From assembly GCA_965655095.1 (NCBI GenBank), contig OZ296653.1:76508001-76572000 (forward strand): 64,000 nucleotides of DNA, given 5' to 3'. Within the stretch, counting starts at the first letter, position 1. The number at the start of each line of letters is the position of its first letter. The translations under genes were made by a program, and so were the position numbers. Under the pieces are notes generated by a model. It was not told the origin of the DNA, searched no databases, and saw only the letters and a program-made list of their open reading frames with translations. Shown here one piece after another: positions 23,001-38,000 of this stretch. The DNA comes from Haplodiscus bocki. Lineage: Eukaryota.

Positions 23001-26000
23001 TAAACTTGTATCAAATATAGGTGAATTTCAAGCAAAAACAGTTTTAAATATTTACGGCGAAAAGATTAGTCTTTCAGATTCCAGTTTTGATTGGAAATAC
23101 TTCTGTAAGTTATCTTGTCAATTAATTCGACATTTTCTTAAACTTTGGTTTTCACATTGGTGAGGCACTTACAAATACTTTCAAAACCTTGTTCGGTTAT
23201 ATCTTGATTGAGAGACTATGTTAAAAAGCCTCTGCTTCTCCAGTAATATAATACCTATTTTCAAGCGGTTTTTGGATATGGTCTTTTATTTAATAGCTCT
23301 ACTTCAAAAAAACAGGTTGAAACCTTTGCTACTTTACAAAAAAAAACAAACTAAGAAACTTTTGCACTAAAGAACGATTTAATTCATCTGCAAATCTTTT
23401 CGATGAGCGAGATGTGTTAGATATGATTGACTATTCTACTGTTGAGCTTCCTATTTGTTTCTTAGGTCAATTCATAGTGTTATGCTAACTGAATGTCTTA
23501 ACTCGTTGTTTGAGCGCAAAGTATCTGACATTCAATCCAGAAAAGTTCAATTCAACATATTCTCTATTCCGAACAAATCCTGCTATACTAATCGCAATTC
23601 TCTGCGTTACTCAGGTATGAATTTGATGTTTTGCGTATTGGAAACTTGTTTAAGTACAGTTGTTTTTCGAGAAGAAAGAAGCGTAAAAGGTTAAAGCACA
23701 TGCAACATGTACGAGTAAAGGATCAATTTTTAAATACAATTTTCCGTCGAGACAGCAGATATTATGCTGTTAGTTTAATCGGGTCCCATTTCATACAATG
23801 GGGTGTCCCCTATGACGGTGCACTTTATAATATATATCTACATGTTTTGCTGCTTTTTTTTTCTAAATATGTATAATTCCATAACTGTGTTCTTATAAAA
23901 ATGCACCTCATCGGAGAAATTGAAGTACTATTCTTATCCTTCTTACTCCTAGTTCAACTTGAAACTCATTGCAAAAAATAGGCCCAAAACGAACCTACTT
24001 TTGCCCGGCTAACTAGTAACTGAGCGTTTGTTTCGGCAGACATGAGAGAGCAACAATGCAAAAAGAAAAAAAACGGAAACCACCCAGGTTTAAGAACAAA
24101 GTCTAATTTTCTATCAGTAAGAAAAGAAAAGTATTGAATAACTTTACACAAAAACCAACAGCTTCGAACAAAATCAGACTCCTGAAATTGAGTCAAAAAG
24201 CGAATCCTATTGTTAGGGGAACCAAATGTGATCAATTTTCAAATAACTTTCCAAAATATATTATAAAACCAAAAATGTTCTATGAGACGACTATTGAAAT
24301 GACATGTAAAAGAAGCGTGAAAACAAACTTGAATATGAATAATGAAAACGGACACCATAACTTTCCCTACAATTCTTGCGGATATGTTGAACAGAACTTG
24401 TCGAATTTGCAACTGTTGTTGAAGTTCCAATCACCACAGGACCTTATAGAATGTTTTGAAAAAATTGACAAAACTGATGACAATTTGATTGCCTTCCAAA
24501 AATAATATGATTGAGGTTTTATTGCAGTAGGTACTTTGAAAAACCGTAAAGCTGTTGGAAATGATGGTGTCTGAGTTGAGGTGCTTAAAATATCGCTTCC
24601 TCTGATTGTTTTTATTTTAATGGGACTTCTAAGTCCATCTTTAACACGCGGTTAGTTGCGGAAGTGTCGAAAGGATGCAAAAGTATATCCATCATAAAAA
24701 TCGGGTGACATATTGAAAATCAAGAACTATAGGTCGACTTCGATATTACCAGCTAATAATAAAGTAATCAAGAGAATCATTTATGAAAATTTCCATTCCA
24801 TTTTTGATAACAAGAATATGTTTTTTGCAATGCACTTTGGTTTTCTTAAAAAACGAAGTACTATCGACGATGTTGCTGGAATTACAGAACAAATTAGGCA
24901 AGGAAGTATTGACACTTTAAATGTGTTTTGTTTGAGTTGCATAAAGCAACTGATTGCATCAATCATGAAATTTTGTTATCTAAATGGTAGAACTATAGTG
25001 TCACAGGAAAATCTGTAACTTAGTTTGAATCTCTTTCAAAAGAACGACGTCACTGTGTTCAGGTAAATGATGTACTTCCGGATTTCTTGTAGTTGCTTGT
25101 AGGAGTACAGCAGGGGTAAATTCTTTGGCTTCAACTGTTTTTAATTTACAAAAAATGATCTAGCAGGTGCTTGTGAGTTTCCTAACTCAATATCGTGTGC
25201 TGACGACACAGTTTTTTTTTATATATCTTAAAAATCAAGATGATTTGCAATTGTTGAACAAATTTTAGGAATTTTTTCCAAAATGGTTATCCATCAATAA
25301 ACTTGTATCAAATATAGATGAATTTCAAGCAAAAATAGTTTTAAATATTTACGGCGAAAAGATTAGTCTTTCAGATTCCAGTTTTGATTGGAAAAAATTC
25401 TGTAAGTTATATTGTCATTTAATTCGACAATTTCTTTAACTTTGGTTTTCACATTGGTGAGGCACTTACAAAAATTTTCAAAACCTCGTTCGGTTATATC
25501 TTGATTGAGGGACCATGTTAAAAAACCTCTGCTTCCCCAGTACTATAATACCTATTTTAGAGCGGTTATTGGATATGGTCCCTTAATAAATAGCTCTACT
25601 TCAAAACACAGGTTGAAACCTTTGTTACTTTACAAATAAAACAAATTAATAAACTTTTGCACTAAAGAACGTTTTTATCCATCTGCAAATCTTTTTGATG
25701 AGCGAGATGTGTTAGATATGATTGACTATTCTACTGTTGAGCTTCCTATTTGTTTCTTAGGTCAATTCGTAGTGCTCTGCTAACTGAATGTTTTAACTCG
25801 TTGTTTGAGCGCAAAGTATCTGACATTCAATCCAGAAAAGTTCAATTCAACATATTCTCTATTCCGAACAAATCCTGCTATACTAATCGCAAATTTTTGC
25901 GTTACACAGGTATGAATTTGATGTTTTGCTGATTGGAAACATGTTTAAGTACAGTTGTTTTTCGACTAGAAACAAGCGTAAAATATTAAAGCACATGCAA

Positions 26001-29000
26001 CATGTACGAGTAAAGGATCATTTTTTAAATACATTTTTTTGTCGAGAAAGCTGATCATATTCTGTTAGTTTAATCGAGTCCCCATTTCATGTATTGGGGT
26101 GTCCCCTATGATGGTGCTATTTATAATATATATCTACATGTTTTTGTTGTTATTTTTATATATATATGTAAAATTCTATAACTGTGTTCTTATAAAAATG
26201 CACCTCATCGGAGAAATTAAATTGCTATTCTTATCCTTTCTACTCTTAGTTCAACTGGACACTCATGGCAAAAAATTGGTCCGAAATCAACCTACTTTTG
26301 CCCGGCTCAATAGTAACTGAGGGTTTGTTTCGGCAGAAATGAAAGAGCAACAATGCGAAAAGGAAAAACGGAAACCACCCAGGTTTAATAACAAAGTTTA
26401 ATATGCTATCAACAAGCAGCGAAAATTATTGAATCCTTTTAAACAAATACCAACAGCTTCGAATAAAATCACACTCCTGAAAGTTAGTCAAAAATCAAAT
26501 TTTATTGTTAAGGGAACCAAATGTGATCAGTTTTCAAATAAATTTCCAAAATGTATGATAAACCGAAAATGTTCTATGAGACGTTTAATGAGGTGACAGG
26601 TAAAGGAAGCGTGAAAAGAAACCTGAATATGAATATTGAAAAAAGACACCGTAATTTCCCCTAGAGTTCTTGCGGATATGTTGATCGAAAACTTTGTCGA
26701 CTTTGCAACTACTGTTGAAGGTCGAATCACACAGGACCTTTTTGAATGTTTGAAAACATTGAAAATAACGATGACAGTTTGTTTGCCATCCCAATTATTT
26801 TGAATGAGGTTTTTATTGCGGTAGGTACTTCGAAAACCCATGAAGCTGTTCGAAACGATGGTGTCTGAGCTGAATTGCCTAAAATAATGTTTCCTGTGAT
26901 TGTTTTTATTTTAAAGGATCTTCTTAGTTTATCTTTGTCACGCGGTTTTTTGCTGAAGTGTCGAAAGGGTGCCAATGTATGTCCATCATAAGAATCGGGT
27001 GACATGTTGACTATCAATAACAATAGGTCGACTCTATTACTACCAGCTATTAATAGAGTGTTCAAGAAAGTCATGTTTGAAATTTTATGTTCATTTCATG
27101 ATTAGATTATGTTTTATCCAATGCAGTTTGGTTTTCTTTGTAAACGAAGTACTATCGACGCTCTTGCTGGAATTACAGAACGAATTAGGCAAAGGAGTAC
27201 TGATACATTTACATGTTTTTTTGTTTGGGTTGCGTAAAGTTATTGATTCCAAGAATCATTAAAATCTGTTAGCTAAACTAGGGAACTATAGTGCCGGACA
27301 AAAATGTTCAAATTGGTTTGACATCTTTTCAAAAGATCAGGCAAAAGGATGTACCTCGGGATTTCTTGTAATTGCTGGTAGGAATATCGCAGGGCTCAAT
27401 TCTTTGGCTTCAACTGTTTTTAATTTACATCAATGATCTACCAGGTGCATGTGAATTTCCCAAATCAACTTCGTGTGCTGACGACACATTTTTATTTATC
27501 AATTATCGTAAAAGTCAAGATGAGTTGCATTTGTTGAACAAATTTTGGAAAAGTTTCCAAAATGGTTATCCGTCGAAAAAACTTGTTTTAAATATTGATG
27601 AAACTCAAGCAATAACCGTTTTGAAAAAATACGGCAAAAAGAAGAATTTTTCAGCTTCCAGTTTTGATTGAAGTAACCTCTGTAAGTTATCTTGGCATTT
27701 GTTTGACAATTTCTTCAACTTTTGTTTTCATATTGCTGAGGCTTTTATAGAAAACTTCAAAACCTTGTTCAGTTATTTCTTGATTGAGAGACTGTGTTAA
27801 AAAGCCTGTGCTTTTCCAGTACTATAAAACCTATTTTAAAGCAGTTATTGGATATGGTTTCTTAATTTATAGGTCAATTTCAGAAAACAGATTGAAACCT
27901 TCGTTATTTTACAGAAAAGGATACTATGGCAAATTTGGCCGAAAGATCGTTATTATTCGTCTGCAGAACTTTTTGATGAACGAAATGTGTTAGAAATGAT
28001 TAACTTCTTATTGTTGAGCTTCATATTTTTTCCTAAGTCGAATCGTAGTGTTCTACTTACTGAATATCTCAGGTCGTTGTTTGAGCGCAAAGTATCTGAT
28101 GTTCGATCCAGAAAAACCCAACTTAACATATTCTCAATTCCGAACGAATCCTGCTTTACTAGTCGTGATTCTCTGCGTTACACAGGTGCCAAGCTGATGA
28201 TTGGCCTATTAGAAACATATTTCGGCACAGTTGTTCTCTGATAAGAAAGAAGCGTAAAACACTAAAACGCATACAACATGCACGAGTAAAGGATCAAATT
28301 TAAAATACAAGTCTTCATCGAGAATGCTCATCATATGTTTTTAGTTTAATCGGGTCCCCAATTCAAACTTTGGAGTGTCCCTTCTGATGGTGCTATTTTT
28401 TCATATATCTACTTGTAATTACTGTTTTTTGTATATATGTATATTTCAACAGCTGTGCATTTTTACATATGCCCTTCATCGGAAAAAAAACCCTTTTTTT
28501 CGTTCTTATTCTTAGTTGAACTGGAAACTCGTGGCAAAAGAGGAACTCTACACCAACCAACTTTTGCCCGGCTCATAAATAACTAAGGATTTGTTTCGGC
28601 AGACTTGAGAGAGCAACAATGCAAAAAGATAAAACGGAAACCACCCAGGTTTAGTAAAAAGATTATTATGATATCAGTAAGAAAAGAAAAGTTTTGAATC
28701 TTTTTACGCAAATACCAACAGCTTCGAATAGAACCAGAGTCCTGAAAATTAGCCAAAAAGCAAGCTTTATTGTTAAGGGAACCAAATGTGATCAATTTTC
28801 AAATTACTTTCCAAAATGTATGATAAAACCAAAAAAATTCTATGAGAAGCCTATTGAAATGACAGGTAAAAGAAGCGTGAAAACAAACTTGATTACGAAT
28901 AATGAAAAAAGACACCATAACTGCCATTACAGTTCCTGCGGATATGTTGAACAAAACTTGTCGAATTTGCAACTGTTGTTGAAGTTCCAACCACATCGGA

Positions 29001-32000
29001 CCTTATATAATGTTTTGAAAAACTTGACAATAATGATGACAATTTATTTGCTTTCCCAATTAATATGATTGAGGTTTATATTGCAGTAGGTTTTTCAAAA
29101 AACGATGAAGCTGTTGGAAACGATGGTGTCTCAGCTGAAGTGCTTAAAATATCGCTTCATGTGGTTGATTTTATTTTAAAATATCTTCTAAGTCTATCTT
29201 TGCCACGCGGTTAGTTGCCGAAGTGTAGAAACGGTGCCAAAGTATGTCCATCAAAAAAATCGTTTGACATAGAGACTATCAATAACAATAGGTTGACTTT
29301 AATAATACCAGCTATTAAGAAAGTGTTTAAGAAAGTTATGCTTGAAATTTCATGTTCATTTCATGATTACAAGATAATGTTTTATCCAATGCAGTTTGGT
29401 TTCCTTAGTAAACGAAGTACTATCGACGCTCTTGCTGGAATCACAGAACGAATTAGGCAAAGGAGTACTGATACATTTACATGTTTTTTGTTTGGGTTGC
29501 GTAAAGCTATTGATTCCATGACTCATGAAAATCTGTTAGCTAAACTACTGAAAGATAGTGTTGGAGAAAAATGTTTAAATTGGTCTGAATTCTTTTCAAA
29601 AAAACAACGTCAGTGTGATCAGGTAAAGGATTTACTTCCGGAATTTTTGTATTTGCTGGCAGGAGTACAGCAGGGTTAAATTCTTTGGCGTCAACGATTT
29701 TGTAATTTACATCAACGATCTAGCAGATGCTTGTGAGTTTCCTAATTGAATATCGTGTGCTGACAACACAATGTGATTTATCAATTATCGTAAAAGTCAA
29801 AATGAGTTGCATTTAGTGAACAAATTTTGAAAATGTTTCCAAAATGGTTATCCCCTAAAAAATTGTTCTAAATATTGATGAAACTCAAGCAATAACCGTT
29901 ATATTAAATAATGGCAGAAAGATTAATTTTTCAGCTTCCAATTTTGACTGAAGTAACTTCTGTAAATTGTCTTGGCATTTTATTTGACAATTGCTTCAAC
30001 TTTAGTTTTCATATCGCTGAGGCACTTATAAAAACCTTCAAAAGCTTGTTCAGTTATATCTTGATTGAGAGACTGTTAAAAAGCTTCCGCTTCTCCACTA
30101 CTATAATACTTTTTTAAAAGCAGTTATTGAATGTTGTTTCTTAATTCATAGCTCAACTTCAGAAAACAGATTCAATTCTTCGTTTTTTTTTACAGAAAAA
30201 GCTACTATGACAAATTTGCCCGAAAGATCGTTATTATTCATCTGCAGAACCTTTTGCTGAAGGTAATGTGTAAAAGATGAATAACTTCGGTATTGTTGAG
30301 CTTCAAATTTTTTGCTAAGTCGATTCGTAGTGTTCTACTTACTGAAAACCTTAACTCGTTGTTTGAGCTCAAAGTATCTGATGTTCAATCCAGAAAAACT
30401 CAATTAACATATTCTCATTTCCGAACGAATCCTGCTTTACTAGTCGTGATTCTCTGCGTTACACAGGTGCGAAGCTGATGATTTGCCTCTTGCAAATATT
30501 TTTGGGTACAGATGTTCTTCGATAAGAAAGAAGCGTAAAACACTAAAACACATACAACATGCACGAGTAAAGGATCAAATATAAAATACAATTTTTCATC
30601 GAGAAGGCTCATCATATGCTGTTAGTTTAATCGGGTCCCCATTTCTTGCTTTGGAATGTGCCTTCTGATGGTGCTAATTGTATTATATATAAACATGTGT
30701 TTTTTGTTACTTTTATATAAGTATAATTCTGTAGCTGTGTAATTTTATAGAAGCTCCTCATCGGAAAAAAAAATCCTTTTTTTCCTTCCTTTTTTTAGAT
30801 GAACTGGAAACTCGTGGCAAAAGAAGAGCCCTACACCGACCCATTTTTGCCCGGCTCACTAGTAACTGAGGGTTTGTTTCGGCACCTATGAGGGAGCAAC
30901 AATGCAAAAAGAAAAGTCGAAAACCACCCAGGTTTAATAACAAAGTTTAAAATGCTATCAGTTGGAAAAGAAAAGTATTGAATCTTTTTACACAAATACC
31001 AACAGTTGCGAATAAAACGAGACTCCGGAAAAAGAGTCAAAAAGCAAATTTTATTGTAAAGGGAACCAAATGTGATCAATTTTCAAATAACTTTCCAAAA
31101 AGTATGATAAAACCAAGAATATTCTATGAGACGCCTAATGAAATGACAGGTAAAAGGAGCGTGAAAAACTTGATCAATGAAAAAAGGACACCATAAATTC
31201 CCTCACAGTTCATGCGGATTTGTTGAACAAAACTTGTCGTGTTTGCAATTGTTGTTAACAATCCAACCACACCGGAACCTATAGAATGTCTTGAAAAAGT
31301 TGACAATAATGATGACAATTTGTTTGCTTTCCAAATTAATATGATTGAGGTTTTTGTTGCAGTAGGTACTTTGAAAAACTATAAAGCTGTTGGAAATGAT
31401 GGTGTCTCAGTTGAAGTGCTTAAAATATCGCTTCCTGTGATTGGTTTTGTTCTAAAGGAATTTCTAAGTCTATCTTTGCCACGCGGTTAGTTGCCAAAGT
31501 GTCGAAAGAATGCAAAAGTATATCCATCAAAAAATTGGGTGGCATATTGAACATCAATAACTATAGGTCGACTTCGATAATACCAGCTATTAATAAAGTG
31601 TTCAAGAGAATCATATATGAAAGTTTATAATCATTTTTTGATTACAAGAATATGCTTTATGCAATGCAGTTTGGTTTTCTTGGTAAACGAAGTACTATCG
31701 ACGCTGTTGCTGGAATTACGGAACAAATTAGGCAAGGAAGTATTGACACATTTACATGTATTTTGTTTGAGTTGCATAAAGCAATTGATTCCATCAATCA
31801 TGAAAATTTGTTAGTTAAACTAGAAAACGAAAGTGTCGCAGGAAAATGTTTAAATAGGTTTGGATCGTTTTCAAAAGAACGACGTCAGTGTGTTCAGGTT
31901 AATGATGTACTACCGGAATTCTTGTACTTGCTGGTAGGGGTACCGCAAAGGTCAATTCTTTGGCTTCAACTGTTTCTCATTTACATCAATGATCTACCAG

Positions 32001-35000
32001 GTTCTCGTAAATTTCCTAACTCAGTTTCGTGTGCTGACGACACGAATTTTTTTTATCGATTATCGTAAAAATCAAGATGAGTTGCATTTGCTGAATAATT
32101 TTTAGGAAAGGTTTCCAAAATGGCTATCCGTCAAAAAAACTTGTTCTAAAAATTGATGAAACTCAAGCAATAACCGTTATATTAAATAATGGCAGAAAGA
32201 TTAATTTTTCAGCTTCCAGTTCTGACTGAAGTAACTTCTGAAAGTTATCTTGGCATTTTATTTGACACTTGCTTCAACTTTGGTTTTCATATCGCTGAGG
32301 CACTTATAAAAACCTTCAAAATCTTGTTCAGTTATATCTTGATTGAGAGACTGTTAAAAAGCCTCTGCTTCTCCAGTACTATAATACCTATTTTAAAGCA
32401 GTTATTGGATATTGTTTCCTACCTTAGAGCTCAACTTCAGAAAACAGATTGAACTTTTCGCTTTTTTACAGAGAAAGCTGCTATGACAAATTTGCCCGAA
32501 AGATCGTTATTATTCATCTGCAGAACCTTTTGCTGAACGTAATGTGTAAGAGATGAACAACTTCTGTATTGTTGAGCTTCATATTTTTTGTTAAGTCGAT
32601 TCGTAGTGTTCTACTTACTGAATACCTTAACTCGTTGTTTGAGCTCAAAGTATCTGATGTTCAACCCAGAAAACTCAATTTAACATATTCTCATTTCCAA
32701 ACGAATCCTGCTTTACTAGTCGTGATTCTCTGCGTTACAGAGGTGCCAAGCTGATGATTTGCCTCTTGGAAATATGTTCGGGTACAGTTGTTCTGCGATA
32801 ACAAAGAAGCGTTAAACACTAAAACACATACAACATGCACGAGTAAAAGATCAAAAATAAAATACAATTCTTCATCGAGAATGCTCATCATATGCTGTTA
32901 GTTTAATCGGGTCCCCAATTCATGCTTTGGAGTGTGCCTTCTGACGGTGCTAATTATATTGTATATCTACAGGTATTTAGGTTTATTTATATTTATGTAT
33001 GTTTCTCTAGCTGTGTTTTTTTATAGAAGCTCCTCATCGGAAAGTATAAATTCCTTTTTTTCCTTCATTTTTTTAGATGAACTGGAAACTCGTGGCAAAA
33101 GAAGAGCCCTACACCGACCCACTTTTGCCCGGCTCACTAGTAATTGAGGGTTTGTTTCAGCACCCATGAGAGAGCAACAATGCAAAAAGAAAAAACGGAA
33201 ACCAGCCAGGTTTAATAACAAAGTTCATTGTGCCTTCAATAGGAAAAGAAAAGTATTGAATCACTTTACACAAATACCAAAAGCTTCGAAAAACACCAGA
33301 CTCCGGAAAAATAGTCAAAAACTAAATTCTATTGTTAGGGGAACCAAATGTGTTCAATTTTCAAATATCTTTCCAAAATGTATGGTAAAACCAAGAATGT
33401 TCTATGAGACGCCTAATGAAATGACAGGCAAAAGAAGCGTGAAAACAAACTTGAGTATGACTAATGAAAAAAAGACACCATAATTTCCCTTACAGTTCAT
33501 GCGGATATGTTGAACAAAAATTGTCGAATTTGCAACTGTTGTTGAAGTTCCAACCACAATGGACCTTATATAATGTTTTGAAAAAATTGACAATAATAAT
33601 GACAATCTGATTGCCTTCCAAAATATTATGATTGAGGTTTTTTGCGGTAGGTACTTTGAAAAACCATAAAGCTGTTGGAAATGATGGTGTATCAGTTGAG
33701 GTGCTTAAAATATCGCTTCCTCTGGTTTGTTTTATTTTGACGGAAATTCTAAGTCCATCTGTGCCACGCGGTTAGTTGCCGAAGTGTCGAAAGGATGCAA
33801 AAGTTTATCCATCATAAGAATCGGGTGACATATTGAATATCAATAACTATAGGTCGACTTCGATAGTACCAGCTATTAATAAAGTGTTCAAGAGATTCAT
33901 GTATGAAGATTTCTTTTCATTTTTTGATTACAAGAATATGTTTTTTGCTATGCAGTTTGGTTTTCTTAGTAAACGACGTACTATGGACGCTGTTGCTGGA
34001 ATTGCAGAACATATTAGGCAAGGGAGTATTGACACATTTACATGTTTTTTGTTTGAGTTGCATAAAGCAATTGATTTTATGAATCATGAAAATCTGTAAG
34101 GTAAATTATTGAAATATAGTGCCGGAGAAAAATGTTCAAAATGGTTTGAATTCTTTTCAAAAGAACAACGTCAGTGTGATCAGGTAAAGGATTTACTTCC
34201 GTAATTTTTGTACTTGCTGGTTGGAGTACAGCAGGGTTAAATTCTTTGGCTTCAACTGTTTTTAATATACATCAAGGATCTAGCAGATCCTTGTGAGTTT
34301 CCTAACTCAATATCGTGTGCTGACAACAAACTTTTGTTTATCATTTATCGTAAAAGTCAAGATGAGTTGCATTTGTTGAACAAATTTTTGGAAATGTTTC
34401 CAAAATGGTTATCCGTCATAAAAGCTTGTCCTAATTATTGCTAAAACTCAAGCAAAAACCGTTTTAAAAAACTACGGCAAAAAGATAAATTTTTCAGCTT
34501 CCAGGTTTGATTGAAGTAACTTCTGTAAGTTAACTTGGCATTTTCTTCGACAATTTCTTCAACTTTAGTTTTCATATTGCTGAGGCACTTAATAAAACCT
34601 TCAAAAGCTTGTTCAGTTATGTCTTGATTGAGAGACTATGTTNNNNNNNNNNNNNNNNNNNNNNNNNNNNNNNNNNNNNNNNNNNNNNNNNNNNNNNNNN
34701 NNNNNNNNNNNNNNNNNNNNNNNNNNNNNNNNNNNNNNNNNNNNNNNNNNNNNNNNNNNNNNNNNNNNNNNNNNNNNNNNNNNNNNNNNNNNNNNNNNNN
34801 NNNNNNNNNNNNNNNNNNNNNNNNNNNNNNNNNNNNNNNNNNCAGTTGTGTATTTTTATAGATGATCCTCTTAAAAAAATCTCCAATTCTCATCCTTCCT
34901 ATTCATACTTCAACTATAAACTCGTGGCAAAAGATAAACCCTACACCGACCCATTTTTGCCCGGCTCACTAGTAACTAAGTGTTTGTTTGATTAGACATG

Positions 35001-38000
35001 AAATGGCAACAATGCCAAAAGAAAAAACGGAAACCATCTGGTTTCAATAACAAAGTTAAAAATGCTATCGGTAAAAAAATGTAAAGAAGCGCTTTACACA
35101 AATACCAACCGCTTCGAAGCAAACAAGACTCCTGAAAGTTAATGAGAAAACAATTCTTAATGCTAAGGAAACCAAATGTTATCAGTTTTCAAACAAAATT
35201 TGCAAAATGTATGGTGAAGCCGAAAATGTTCTTGGAAACGGCTAATGAATTGACAGGTGAAAGAAGCCTGAAATTAACTTGAACATGAATAATGAAAAAA
35301 CACCATAGTTTCATCAACAGTTTTCGCGAATATGTTGAACAAAAACTTTGTTGACTTTTGAACTACCAACCACACAGGACCTTATAGGATATTTTAAAAA
35401 TATTGATAAAATTGATGACGACTTTTATGACTCTCAATTAATATGATTGAGGTTTTTATAGCGGGAAGTACTTTGAAAGACCATAAAGCTGCTGGAAATG
35501 ATGGTGTCTCAGCAGAGGTGCTCTAAATATCGATTCCTGTGATTGTTTTCATTTTAGTTGAACTTCTAAATCTTTCTTTGCCAGGAAACTGATTCCCGAA
35601 TTGTCAAAAGGATGCAAAAGTATATCCATCATACAAATTGGGTGACATTTTGAATATCAATAACTTTCGGTCAATTTCGATTCTACCAACTGTTAGCAAA
35701 GTAATCAAGAAAATCATGTTTGAAACAGTATATTCATTTTTCGATTACAAGAAATTGTTTTATCAAAAGCAGTTTGGTTTTCATAGTAAACGAAGTACTA
35801 TTGACGCTCTTGCTGAGATTACAGAACAAATTAGGCAAGAGAGTACTGATACATTTACGTGTATTTTGTGTGATTTGTATAAAGCTATTGATTCTATCAA
35901 TCATGAAACGTTATCTTAACTAGAGAAATATAGTGTCGGAGAAAAATGTTTAAAAAGGTTTGAATTTGTTTCAAAAGAACGAAATTAGTGTGTTCAGGTG
36001 AATGATGTACTTCCGGATTTCTTGTACCTGCTGGCAGGAGTACCTCAAAGGTCAATTCTCTGGCTACAATAGTTTTTAATTTACAATAATGATCTACCAA
36101 GTTTTTAAGATTTTCCTAACTCAATTTCTTCTGCTGACGACAGGCATTTTGATTATCGTTTATCGTGAAATTAAGCAAGTGTTAATTTTGCTAAGTAAAT
36201 TTCAAGAAATGTTTTCAAAAGGTTTTTCTGTCAATAAGCTTGTTCCAATTATTGATGAAATTCAGGCAGTAGCTGTTTTAAAAATTACGACGAAGAGATA
36301 ACTTTTTTCACATTCCAGATTTGAACGAAGTTACTTCTGTAAGTTATCTTGGCATTCCATTCGACAATGTCTTAGACTTAAGTTTTCATGTTGCTGAGGC
36401 ACTTATAAAAGCTTTCATAACCTTGTTCAGTATTATCTTGATTGAGAGACTATGGTAAAAAGCCTCTGCTTCTCCAGTACTATAATACCTTTTTTAACGC
36501 AGTTATTGAATAAGTTCTCTTAGTTTATAGGTCAACTTCGGAAAACAGATTGAAATCTTCGTTATTCTACTAAAAAGTTCTTATGATAAATTTGCCCGAA
36601 AGATCGTTATTGTTCAACTGCAAAACATTTTGAAAACGAAATTTGTTAGATATGATTAACTTCTATATTGTTGAGCTTCATATTTTTTCTTAAGGTAATT
36701 CGTAGTGTTCTGCTAACTGAATATCTTAACTCGGTGCTTGAGCGCAAAGTATCTGATGTTCAAGCCAGAAAAACTGAACCTCACATATTCTCTTTTCGGA
36801 ACCAATCCTGCTTTACTAGTTGTCATTCCCTGCGTTACACAGGTGCGAAGCTGATGATTTGCCTATTAGAAAAATGTTTGGGTAGAGTTGTTCTTCGATA
36901 AGGAAGAAGCGTAAAACACTAAGACACATACAACATGCACGATTAAAGGATCAAATATGAAATACAATTCTTCATCGAGAATGCTCATCATATGTTGTTA
37001 GTTTATTCGGGTCCCCATTTCAAACTTTGGAGTATCCCTTCTGATGGTGCTATTGATTTTATATATCTACTTAAATTTAAGGTTATTTATATATATGTAT
37101 AATTCTATAGCTGTGTATTTTTATAAAAGCTCCTCATCGGAAAAAACAAATTCCTTTTTTTCTTTCCTATTCTTAGTTCAAATGAAAACTCGTGGCAGAA
37201 GTGGCGCCCTACGCCAACTCACACTTGCCCGGCTCACTAGTAACTGAGGGTTTGTTTCGGCAGACATGAGACAACAACAATGCAAAAAGAAAAAACGGAA
37301 ACCTCCCAGGTTTAATAACAAAGTTTAATTTGCTATCAGTAAGAGAAGAAAAGTATTGAATCACTTTACACAAGTACCAACAGCTTCGAATAAAACCATA
37401 CTCCTGAAAAATAGTCAAAAAGCAAATTGTTCTGTTAAGGGAACCAAATGTGATCAATTTTCAAATAACTTTCCAAAGTGCGTGATATATCCAAAAATGT
37501 TCTATGGGACGCCTATTGAAATGACAGGTAAGAGAAGCGTGAAAACAAACTTGAACATGACTAATGAAAAAAGGACACCATAAACTCTCCTACAGTTTTT
37601 GCGGATATGTTGAACAAAAAATTTGTCGACTTTACAACTACTGCGGAAGGTCCAGCCACACAGGACCCTTTAGAATGTTTTGAAATTTTTGAAAATAATG
37701 ATGATAATTTGTTTGCTTTCCTAATTTTTATGATTGAGGTTTTTATTGCGGTAGGTACTTTGAAAAACCATGAATTTGTTGGAAATGATGGTGTCTCAGC
37801 CGAAGTGCTTAAAATGTCGCTTCTTGTGATTGTTTCCATTTTCAAACGAACTTCTAAGTCTATCTTTGCCACGCGGATATTTCTCGAAGTGTCAACAAGA
37901 TGAAAAGTATATCCATCATGCAAATAGGGAGACATATTGGATATCAGTAACTATTGGTCGATTACGATATTACCAGCTATTAGTAAAGTGTTCGAAATAA

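Noticed and set aside
34609-34995. ORFs containing long X runs
   Set aside because: Artefacts of the N gap
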